Shown: one piece after another, positions 1 to 9,115 of the stretch
How the letters are laid out: each line of letters opens with the position of its first letter
Numbering within the stretch: the first letter of the stretch is position 1
Origin: Spongospora subterranea f. sp. subterranea
Taxonomy: Eukaryota
Reading direction: 5' to 3'
NCBI GenBank assembly: GCA_049724395.1
Contig: JAUGWO010000040.1
Coordinates: 48,560-68,559 of the forward strand
DNA: 20,000 bases
Translations under genes and position numbers: made by a program
The notes under the pieces: model-generated
Databases searched by the model: none
What the model was told of the DNA's origin: nothing
What the model saw: only the letters and a program-made list of their open reading frames with translations

Positions 1-290
1 CCTTTTTCTTCACGAAAAGAATCGGAGCCCTTGCTGGAGAGCACGAATTGGTAATGAACTTCTTCCGGAGGTTCTCGTCGATGAACTCTTTGAGCGCTTT
101 TCGCTTCCCGTTCCGAAAGAGGGTAAATGGGCCCGAAAGGCGGGGTATTGCTTTTTCCAACTAAATCTGGCAATCGTAGGGCCTGCGAGGTGGTAATTTA
201 TCGGTTATGGCCTTGTCGAACACGTCCCCGTAATCCTGGTACGCTTCAAGGAGAATTGCGGGCGGCGTCTCGTTTTCCTTGGCAAGGAAC
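1..290 (-). pseudogene. Ty3/gypsy pol fragment (N-terminus of reverse transcriptase), degenerate, continues beyond the left window edge
   Basis: Manual minus-strand translation gives YQDYGDVFDKAITDKLPPRRPYDCQI*LEK..PPFGPIYPLSE..ALKEFIDENLRKKFITNSCSPARAPILFVKKK with a stop and frameshifts; homologous to the RT starts of elements A and B. Confidence 0.85.
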
Positions 291-629
291 ACGAGAATTA
301 GGACAGACCCCGATCAGCACTTTTAAAACCTTCAGTTCGTTCAGGCTGGCATCGCTCTACCTCCATCACACCGAACTACGTTGACTCCTACTGCCAACAT
401 GGTCCCCACCAGATATACTATGTTCAAATTGCACCTGCAAAACCAAACATCGCCGTCTGGTAGTAATCAGTCCTGGCCATCAGCAGGTTAAACCTTGGCT
501 ATTTTATTGGATATCCTCAACTTTTTTGATAAATTCAGCTTTGCGCCAAGCCATTGCTGGATCCGATTTCTGAACAATTATCGGACCAAATTATAGCTAA
601 CAGATGGTGTTCGTAATATAGACCAGAGC

Positions 630-720
630 TGTTGACCAGAATATTGGGAAGAAATGTATTATAATTGGTAGGATCATATTGGTACGGTAGTACGGGGGTA
701 GAAGCGTTCATAACTTAATA
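630..720 (-). repeat. 3' LTR of copia-1 (~91 bp)
   Basis: Starts right after the PPT, minus strand TATTAAG...TCAACA (imperfect TG..CA terminal inverted repeat); distal boundary inferred from TGTTG at 630. Confidence 0.6.
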
Positions 721-735
721 CTCCCCTTCGCTTTT
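721..735 (-). promoter_or_regulatory. Polypurine tract of copia-1
   Basis: Minus strand AAAAGCGAAGGGGAG, 17 nt after the RNase H stop and abutting the LTR. Confidence 0.85.
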
Positions 736-752
736 AACCTTTGTCAGTATTA

Positions 753-3700
753 TTATATCTGCATAATGGATGATTTAAATCTTTTGAATGCAGGTTCACT
801 GATTGGTTTAGTGAATATGTCCGCCATCATATCTGTTGTTGGACAACAGATGAGTTCTATTTCCCTTTGTTGCACCTTTTCGCGAACGAAATGATATCGA
901 ACATCGATATGCTTGGATCGTTGGTTCGAGCAATTGTTCTTTTCGAGAAAAATAGCGCCCTGATTATCCTGGTATAGTGGAGTAATCATCGAATCTTTAA
1001 ATTGATTTAACTCCTTCAGCAAATCGCGGAGCCAAATGATTTCCCTTGTGGCGTCGGCTTGCGGCCATATATTCCGCTTCAGTTGTTGAAAGTGCAATTG
1101 AATGTTGCTTTCTGGATTTCCATATAACGGGATTGCCTCCCACTTGGATCAGTAGACCTGTGGTGGATCGTCGATCAAGAGTGTCCATCTCGTAATTGCT
1201 GTCGGCCCATCCTGTGATATCAGTTGAGCTCCCCTTGAACACCAAGTCGTCATTCGGGGTCGTGTTCAGGTATTTGAGAATCCTTTGCGCCGCTTTCCAT
1301 AGTGCTTTGGTTGGTTTCGACACATGCCTGCTGATATTGTTAACTGCAAATGCAATATCAGGACGTGTCCCGTAAGCGATGTAGGATAAACTTCCAATGA
1401 TTTCGCGAATGGGATACTTATCAGTAATCTCCTCGTCGTCGTTTGGATCATAAATAGTTGTCATCGGTGTGGTGACTGGTTTGCAGTTTTCCTGCTTGAA
1501 ACGCTGGATGACCTCTCTTATGTATTTTTCTTGCGATAGTCGGATCGTGCCATCTAAACAACGGATCTTCATACCGAGAAATGTATCGGCTTCCCCTAGG
1601 TCTTTCATCTTGAAAGATGACCGTAGTACTGCTGAAATCTTCGTAATTTCAGTGTCGTCGTCGCCTGTGATTAGCAGATCATCGACATAGATACCTATGA
1701 TTGTCAATTGATTCTCCCGGGATTTGTACCAAATGCATGGTTCCTTGGTTGATTGCGCGAATTCACTTTCCCTTAACTTGCCAAACAGGGTCGTTTGCCA
1801 TTCGCGACCGGCCTGCTTCAGACCGTATAAGGCTTTCTCTAGTAGACATACTTTATGTTCCTCGCCCTGCTTGAGGAATCCGTCCGGTTGGTATATGAAG
1901 ATAGGATTAGTTAGAGGTGCATTTAGATATGCAGTTGTGAAATCCTTCTGATAAATCTTCCTGTGGTTGGCGGCGGCAATTGATAAAATCGTTCGAAGCG
2001 ATGTCTGCGCCAATATAGATGAAAAAGTTTCATCGTAGTCGATTCCTTCTCTCTGTGCGAATCCTTTTGCCACAAATCGTGCCTTGAATCGTACCTTGCC
2101 ATCAGGGTGTGTTTTCGACGTGAGCACCCATTTGCCTTTGATCGGCTTGATGTGTGCAGGTTTATCTACGAGTGTCCACGTGTGATTGCGATGGTGTGCA
2201 TCAATTTTTTCTTGAGCAGCTTGTCGCCATTTCGTTGCTTCCGGTGACTCCATCGCCTCTGCAAATGTGGTTGGTAGTCGAACTGCACGGTTAATTTCAT
2301 AGACGAATTCGTCAATGATTTGAATGGGATTTTGGCTTTGCGGATGATTTTCGCTCGTGCTCCCTTCGTTGAATGTGACGTCGCGTCTGATGAGTACTTT
2401 CTTGTCTCTGACGCATTCTACAACGTATCCCTTTTGACAATATGGGCATCCTAAGAAAATACACTTTTCCGCTGTTGGATCAATACTAGTCCTAAATGAA
2501 CTGTCAATGTGTGTCCAGGCAACGCATCCAAATGGGCGCATGTTATCGACCGCAGGAACTTGATTTTTCCACAGTTCGTATGGCGTCTTCCAGTCTATGC
2601 GTTTTGTTGGCAATCTGTTCAGAGTGTCGACGGCGTATCTGACTGCATGTGGCCAATAGTCGTCTGGTAAATCTGACTCTCTGAATATACAACGGGCCAT
2701 CTGCATGATCGTCAGATTTCGTCGCTCGGCTTGACCATTTTGTTGTGGGGAATATGGCACAGTCTTCTGATGTTTAATTCCTTTCTGAAGAAGAAATGTG
2801 CTCATTTGCTCATTTACGTATTCTTTTCCTCCATCGGTTAATAGAATAGCGAGCATTTCCGTGGTTTCTGCCTGTGCATCGGTATGGAATCTTCGCATCG
2901 CCTGTAGTACCTCGTCTGCTTCCTTCGTCTCCAAGAATGAGACCCATGTCCAGGTAGAATACAGACAGTTGAACGTTATGTAATAGCGATAATTACCAGT
3001 TCCAGGTGTTACGAATGGTCCTTTAAGATCTGATGAGACCATCTGATACCTTCGGGTTGGTTTGGTTCGCCGTTCTTCAGGAAATGCATGTCGTCGGGAT
3101 TTGTTTTGCGCACAGATGTCGCAAAACAGCCGTTCGCTACCGGTAATTTCAATTCCGGTGGTCGATTTCTGTAGATTCTTCAGACGCTCGTCCGACGCAT
3201 GTCCAAACCGCTTATGAGCGAGGTCCAGGCTGATCGTTGCGTTGACCTTTGCATGTGCTCCCTGCTCTGACGTGATATAGGCCATCATGCATCTTTGCGG
3301 TGAGGATCGTTTTTCCTTCTTTGCTCTCAATGTGCATGTCGTTTTTCATGACAATTCTATAGCCTTGTTGATTGATTGAATGCGCTGATATTACCGTATT
3401 CGTCATGTTCGGTGCGTAGAGTACATCCTTGATGGTGATTGGCGGTGATGTCTGGATGATCAAAATGCCCTTTCCATATGCCTTTGAGGCCTGTCCGTTG
3501 CACGCTTGGATCTGAACTGGTTGTTTAAGAGGTTCATAATTAATCAAGATGTTTTGATTGTTTGTGACTGAAACGTTGGCGCCACTGTCAATGATGTAGT
3601 CGAACGTGACTGCAGTGCCGACGCGCGAGATCCTGAATCCATTGAATTTAACGCGGTGCGCATTGTTCGTTTTCGGTGAAGATTCATCATGGCTTTTTCG

Positions 3701-4256
3701 TCGGAGATGTGGATTCAACACCCAACACTTGTCTGTGTCATGAGAAGTTGTCTTGCACTTCTTGCAATACTGCTTGGCTCTCAAGTAATTTTTGCTCTTG
3801 TGCTGGGCTTTCATTGTCTTCAAGTCAATCGCTGGCTCGTTCGGTATCTTTGCAAACTTGCCATGCTCGTGCTCTCGTTCTGTAGACAGTAAGAGGCTTG
3901 TCATTGAAGCAATTGTCCCTAGCTGTGATGCTCTCGCAGCTGGCTTGACTTGGTTGTACTCTGCTGGTAATCCCTGAAGTACTTTCGCACAGAGTGCTAG
4001 TTCTCCGATCTTGATCTCCAGTGTGATCATGTCGTGGTATATTGAAACGAGTCGGTCCAGGTAAGCCTTCATCGTCTCGCTTGGCTGCTTTTGCGCCTCA
4101 ATGAATTCGATGAATAAGGCTCCTGATTTCGCCTCTTTAGTTTCATCGTATGTGTCTTGGAGTGTTCTCCATAGTTGTGCTGTTGTTGCACAATGGCTGA
4201 CCTGCTTATACTGCACCTGTGCCAGGCGCATGCTGATTTCGGCTAACGCTGCGCGA
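753..4256 (-). pseudogene. copia gag-pol polyprotein split by two frameshifts (~3265 and ~1060)
   Basis: ORF 3212-4231: CKKCKTTSHDTDKC knuckle, IIDSGA protease. ORF 997-3330: HKRFGH..CDIC, TDGGKEY, PQQNGQAER, KARFVAKGF, YVDDL, GWADS. ORF 753-1097: QDNQGA, KHIDVRYHFVRE, ADIFTK. Confidence 0.95.
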
Positions 4257-4272
4257 CTGGCTTGTTCTAACA
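4257..4272 (+). repeat. 16-nt remnant of the 5' LTR (U5 end) of element A
   Basis: CTGGCTTGTTCTAACA exactly matches 14985-15000 and is followed by GT plus the PBS. Confidence 0.8.
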
Positions 4273-4274
4273 GT

Positions 4275-4286
4275 TTGACAAGAATT
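4275..4286 (+). promoter_or_regulatory. Self-priming primer-binding site of element A
   Basis: TTGACAAGAATT is the exact reverse complement of LTR nt 14929-14940; lies 2 nt after the LTR end; lacks the TGG of a tRNA PBS. Confidence 0.8.
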
Positions 4287-5176
4287 CCCTCTTCTCGGTT
4301 TACCTACCGTCACTTCTCTCCTCTCGGTTTACGTACCGTCACTTCTCTCCTCTCGTACTTCTCTCCTCCGTTTACGTACCGTCACTTCTCTCCTCTCGGT
4401 TTACGTACCGTCGTCACTTCTCTCTTCTCGGTTTACGTACCGTCACTTCTCTCCTCTCGGTTTACGTACCGTCACTTCTCTCTTCTCGGTTTACGTACCG
4501 TCACCGCCTCTCGGTTTACTACCGTCACTTCCGTCTCGGTTTACGTACCGTCACTTCTCTCTCGGTTTACGTACCGTCACTTCTCTCCTCTCGGTTTACG
4601 TACCGTCACTTCTCTCCTCTCGGTTTACGTACCGTCACTTCTCTCCTCTCGGTTTACGTACCGTCACTTCTCTCTCTCTCGGTTTACGTTTACCGTCACT
4701 TCTCTCTTCTCGGTTTACGTACCGTCACTTCTCTCTTCTCGGTTTACGTACCGTCACTTCTCTCTTCTCGGTTTACGTACCGTCACTTCTCTCTTCTCGG
4801 TTTACGTACCGTCACTTCTCTCTTCTCGGTTTACGTACCGTCACTTCTCTCTTCTCGGTTTACGTACCGTCACTTCTCTCTTCTCGGTTTACGTACCGTC
4901 ACTTCTCTCTTCTCTCCTCTCACTTCTCTCCTCTCGGTTTACGTACCGTCACTTCTCTCCTCTCTGTTTACGTACCGTCACTTCTCTCCTCTCGGTTTAC
5001 GTACCGTCACTTCTCTCCTCTACGTCGGTTTTTACTTCTCTCTTCTCGGTTTACGTACCGTCACTTCTCTCTTCTCGGTTTACCGTCACTTCTCTCCTCT
5101 CGGTTTACGTACCACTTCTCTCTTCTCGGTTTACGTACCGTCACTTCTCTCCTCTCGGTTTACGTACCGCCACTTC
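4287..5176 (+). repeat. 29-bp tandem array, ~30 units, consensus CGGTTTACGTACCGTCACTTCTCTCYTCT
   Basis: Directly visible; C/T variants and several internally deleted units; no spacers; fills the leader between PBS and gag ATG. Confidence 0.97.
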
Positions 5177-5186
5177 GCCCCACAGC

Positions 5187-6173
5187 ATGTCTAGCCGCGA
5201 GCGATCGGAGTCAGTTCCAGCTAGCCCGCACAACCATCGAGGTTTTCAGGTACCGACGGAGCATCCACAGTTCCGTCAGTCTGTTCAACCTCAACCTTTG
5301 TCGCCGGAGGTCCAGGCGGTATTACAGGCGGCACTTGCTCAGCAACAGCAACAGTTTCAACGACAGTTGCAGGAACTGTCGCAACACTACCAGCAACAGC
5401 AAATTGGTCAGCAGCCTCCTCAGCCAGAACCTAAGGTTCGCCTTCCGGATCCGTTTGACGGTTCCCGATGCGCCCTGCGAGGGTTCATAAACCAGATTTC
5501 AATGGTCATCAGTCGCAAACCCAGAACGTATGCGACCGATTCCGATAAGGTGATGCTGGTGGCAGACCTCCTGAAAGGGAACGCACTGCTGTGGTTCTCG
5601 CCGCTTTTCGAGCGACAAGACCCGATACTGCAAGATTTCCCTGGGTTCGTTCAAGCATTGCGCGCGAGGTTTGACGACCCGAATAAGTCCACGACGGCAG
5701 CCAGACGTTTGGAAATCCTGCGCCAGGGTCGCCGACCGGTTGCCACATACGCCAGCGAGTTCCAGCTGCTGGTGGAGGACGCAGATTGGGATGGGGCCGC
5801 GGCGCAGCATCAATTTCGAAAGGGTCTCAACGAGGAGGTGAAGGATCTACTCCTGACCTGCCCAGAAGCGCCCGATTTGAACGGGCTCATTGCGACTGCC
5901 ATCAGATGCGATGACCGTCTTTTTGAACGCGAACAGGAACGACGTGGTCGTGTTAGTTCGAATCCCCATCGTCATTCCAACGGGCCAGTTCACGACCCCA
6001 TGTGCATCGATTCTGTAAGATCGACAGCCCGCCCTCGACTCGATGAGACGGAACGGGCACGGCGCCGCGACACCGGGTCGTGCATGTATTGCGGTGACGC
6101 CGACCATCCGATAGACGACTGCCCGGCTTTAGCGCAACGCAACCGACGGTTGTCGGGAAACGCCCGTGGCTGA
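5187..6173 (+). CDS. gag: Gag of element A (328 aa; Q-rich coil, Ty3-type capsid, CCHC knuckle)
   Basis: First ATG after the array; PDPFDGSR, LKGNALLWF, LRQGRRPVATYASEF, FRKGLNEEVKD, CMYCGDADHPIDDC. Confidence 0.93.
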   Translation: MSSRERSESVPASPHNHRGFQVPTEHPQFRQSVQPQPLSPEVQAVLQAALAQQQQQFQRQLQELSQHYQQQQIGQQPPQPEPKVRLPDPFDGSRCALRGFINQISMVISRKPRTYATDSDKVMLVADLLKGNALLWFSPLFERQDPILQDFPGFVQALRARFDDPNKSTTAARRLEILRQGRRPVATYASEFQLLVEDADWDGAAAQHQFRKGLNEEVKDLLLTCPEAPDLNGLIATAIRCDDRLFEREQERRGRVSSNPHRHSNGPVHDPMCIDSVRSTARPRLDETERARRRDTGSCMYCGDADHPIDDCPALAQRNRRLSGNARG

Positions 6174-6225
6174 TATCTTGCGGGCATATATCAGCCAATA
6201 CACTACATTTTGTCAAAGCTCCCGT
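6155..6225 (+). promoter_or_regulatory. -1 programmed ribosomal frameshift signal (G GGA AAC plus stem-loop or pseudoknot)
   Basis: Heptamer 6155-6161 in the correct gag phase, 5-nt spacer, perfect 10-bp stem 6167-6176/6188-6197; the -1 frame is open into the protease LIDSGA. Confidence 0.88.
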
Positions 6226-7740
6226 CTCTCCCTCACCATCAATTTTCCCTTGTTCCCCAAAACCTCTCATTGTCGCATCAACTCACGTTAATAACGCACC
6301 GCGTAGATCGATTACACCTCGCGCGTGCGTATCCTGGCACGAAAACAGCCTCCCTAACGTGTCCTGCTTGATCGACAGTGGTGCATCAGCCTGTTTTATC
6401 GACGCCACATTCGCGATACGCAACAAGATCCCCCTGGTCCGTCTCCCCAATCCCCTCCCAGTCGAAGTTATCGATGGTCGTCAACTCGATCCAATTACCC
6501 AAGTAACGCTACCATTACGATTGGATCTTGCCGGTTTCGAATCACTTACGAGTTTTTATGTCATTTCCCGTGCTCACTATCCTCTCATAATTGGTATGTC
6601 ATGGCTTGACCAGCAGAACCCGCATATTGATTGGCGAGCTCACACCATTACTCCACGCCACCACGACTCCACAGAATACGATACTCCAGCCCCTTTTGAC
6701 TCCCCAGGCCAGCAAACCCTATATTCGACGTACTTGAGCTCCAAGGCGAATGCCGTCGCAACACCAAACATCACCCTCCCCCAAAAGTACGTTGGTTTTA
6801 GCGACGTTTTCAAGAAAAAAAACGCTGACCAACTGCCCCCTCATCGCCCATACGATTGCGCTATCAACTTCAAGGAGGAAATTGGACCACTGCCATACAA
6901 AAAGGTTTACAAACTCGGCCAGATCGAACAAGAAGTTTTGCGACAATACATCGAAGACAACCTCAGGAAAGGATTCATTCGCCACTCCAAATCACCGTTA
7001 GGATCACCAATACTGTTTGTAAAGAAGAAGGATAACAGCCTCCGACTGTGCGTCGACTACCGCGATGTCAACAATATAACCAAGAGCCATATCCTATTCC
7101 TGCTATCCAAAATATTCTGGCCCAACTGTCGTCTGCCAAGATCTTTACCAAGATCCATTTACGAGGCGCTTACAATCTCCTTAGGATCAAGGAAGGCGAC
7201 GAATGGAAGACGGCATGGTGCTGCAAATATGGCTATTTCGAATATACGGTAATGCCGTTTGGTCTAATGAACGCTCCCGGCTATTTTCAAAGATTTATGA
7301 ACGACGTCCTCCGGGAATACCTCGACCAATTTGTGGTTGTTTACCTCGACGACATCTTGATCTACTCGAACAACGCGCTGCAGCACGACGTTAATGTTCG
7401 ACTAGTACTGACCAAGTTGCGTTCAGCAGGTTTATTTGCAAAACTCGAAAAATGCGTGTTCGACGCTCAGGAAGTCGAATTCCTCGGGTATCTGGTCACC
7501 GACAGCAGCATCAAGATGGACCCAAGCAAGGTGGAGACTATCCTTGACTGGGCGACTCCAGCGACAGCTAAGGACGTCCAAAGTTTCTTAGGCTTTGCTA
7601 ACTTCTACAGGGAGTTCATCGTTGACTTCGCCAAAATATCTTCACCTTTGACGGCGCTGACGAGAAAAAACCACCCATTTACTTGGTCGAGCGCGGCCGA
7701 GTCAGCGTTCGTGACCCTGAAAACGAGGTTCACCACGGCG

Positions 7741-8209
7741 CCTGTTATGAAACAGGCATCTACCGATCATATTCCGGGTCGCGCTGGGGGCCGCTGCAGC
7801 ACGACGTTGTGTTGTTGGACATGAGTTCGAAACCCCATCTCACAGCCACAACTCGATGGAATTGCATCCAATCGCGTTCTACTCAAGGAAGTTGGCGGCG
7901 CCGGAACGGAAAAGTAGACGTGAGCGCGCAATGAGTTGCTGCGGAGTTCGTTAGGTCTTTTGACAACGTGGCCTCTAATGAATGTGGGAGAGCACAGTAA
8001 ACTCGGAAACTCTGGATAGGCAATGTAATCAGGGCGTCCCATTCGGTGTGGTCAGGACAGATTATGTTGCTGAATCCAGCTGGTCTAATAGGTTCCTTCA
8101 TTGGATACCCAAGCTACTTGTAGCGGCCAGGCGGAGTAGGGAAAGCCATACACAGGCTTACTCAACCCATAAGAACCCGCGATCCTTTGTATACCATACC
8201 ATACCATAC
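7741..8209 (+). mobile_element. Putative tRNA-derived SINE, copy 1 (5' boundary approximate)
   Basis: B-box-like GTTCGAAACC 7825-7834; (ATACC)n tail 8191-8209; inverted homolog at 15074-15482; no credible ORF; 5' half interleaved with RNase H sequence. Confidence 0.68.
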
Positions 8210-8584
8210 AGCACGAAATTACGGTATACAGCGATCATAAGAACTTGATTTAGTTTACATCATCCAAAACTCTCAATCGTCGCCAAGCACGCTGGTCAGT
8301 GCGACTCGCGGAATATCAGTTCGTCATTGTGCATCGACCTGGTAGCCTATCTGGAAAACCCGACGCGTTGTCGCGACGCCCAGAATACGAGATCAAACCA
8401 ATGGACCCTAGCTGGAGTTTTCAGCGTACATCCATTTTGAAGCGTGATCAGCGCTGCCTCGACCCGATCATCTTCCGCTGCCATCGAAAAAATCAGGTGC
8501 TGCAAGACCATATCGAGACTGCCCTTGGAAAACTTTCGGCTACATGACGAATTTCTGTACGAGAATCAATTGCTTGTTGTGAGT

Positions 8585-9039
8585 TGTGACAGGGAAGGAC
8601 GATCCGCTCGGCGCGCGTCAAGATGTGTGGTTACAGAATGACAGGAGCGGGTCAACCCTATCTTTTTGCAGTTAAAGCGACGCGCGATCCAAAATGCGAC
8701 AGCGCCAATGCGAGAACGAGGCGATGAGGAGCACACATTACTGGTTTACTCGGCCACAACCACAATCATTCGCATATGATTAACTGGCGCGAGCCCAAAA
8801 CGCTCTCCATGTCCATCAACCAATACAAAGCGCCGCTAATCTATCGCTTAAATGTGGTTAATAGATTGGGCATTATTGTTTGCAGAAGATTTTTTCGAAT
8901 AGGACTTAGGAGCAAACATAACACACTTTCTAATAAAACCGTATTTTAGGATTTGTTTCAAGAAAATTCGACTATGAATTTTGGGAATCTACACAACTTC
9001 AAGATTCGAACCGCTAGTCACGAAAGTCTGCTTGTCACA
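8585..9039 (+). repeat. Orphan LTR (455 bp) of an unidentified element, probably a 5' LTR
   Basis: Perfect terminal inverted repeat TGTGACA...TGTCACA; AATAAA at 8932-8937; starts exactly where element A pol homology stops; no matching 5-bp TSD. Confidence 0.7.
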
Positions 9040-9115
9040 TAGTCATGTACATTCGAGGGACTTGATATCAATCACAATTCCTAACCAGAAACCGAGTCGC
9101 CAATCAGTCAGATAT

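Larger units (their letters stand above)
630..4256 (-). mobile_element. Ty1/copia LTR retrotransposon (copia-1), 5' end missing
   Basis: Domain order gag-PR-IN-RT-RH; PPT and 3' LTR follow the RH stop; gag is cut at ~4256 by gypsy A. Confidence 0.95.
4257..8584 (+). mobile_element. Ty3/gypsy element A (Tf1/sushi-like): LTR remnant, PBS, repeat leader, gag, PR, RT, RH; truncated before integrase
   Basis: Motifs listed in sub-features; 4257-4272 is identical to the last 16 nt of the LTR at 14985-15000. Confidence 0.92.
6155..8584 (+). pseudogene. pol: pol of element A (PR-RT-RH), frameshifted at ~7088 and interrupted by a SINE-like insert
   Basis: LIDSGA; LRLCVDYR; MPFGLMNAP; YLDDIL; SFLGFANFYR; LHPIAFYSRKL; after the insert [37 protein letters not shown]. 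Confidence 0.93.

Noticed and set aside
291..629. Unassigned DNA and ORF 127-384
   Set aside because: No motif recognised on either strand; the ORF is largely antisense to the RT fragment
3212..3330. Programmed frameshift between the copia ORFs
   Set aside because: The break falls after the protease, not at the gag end, with no slippery signal; more likely a mutation or sequencing error
4287..5176. CRISPR array or telomere
   Set aside because: Head-to-tail units with no unique spacers, no cas genes, and internal to a retrotransposon leader
4101..5186. N-terminal 362 aa of the 690-aa ORF as a real repeat protein
   Set aside because: Starts antisense inside copia gag and stays open only because the 29-mer has no stops; the real Gag start is ATG 5187
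5330..5430. CAG/CAA-rich microsatellite
   Set aside because: Encodes the Q-rich coil of Gag; not an independent feature
7812..7840. tRNA gene
   Set aside because: Only a T-loop/B-box-like motif; no cloverleaf or clear A-box
7767..8248. Small ORFs within the SINE-like copies (also 15184-15628)
   Set aside because: Frames are not conserved between the two copies and show no recognisable motifs
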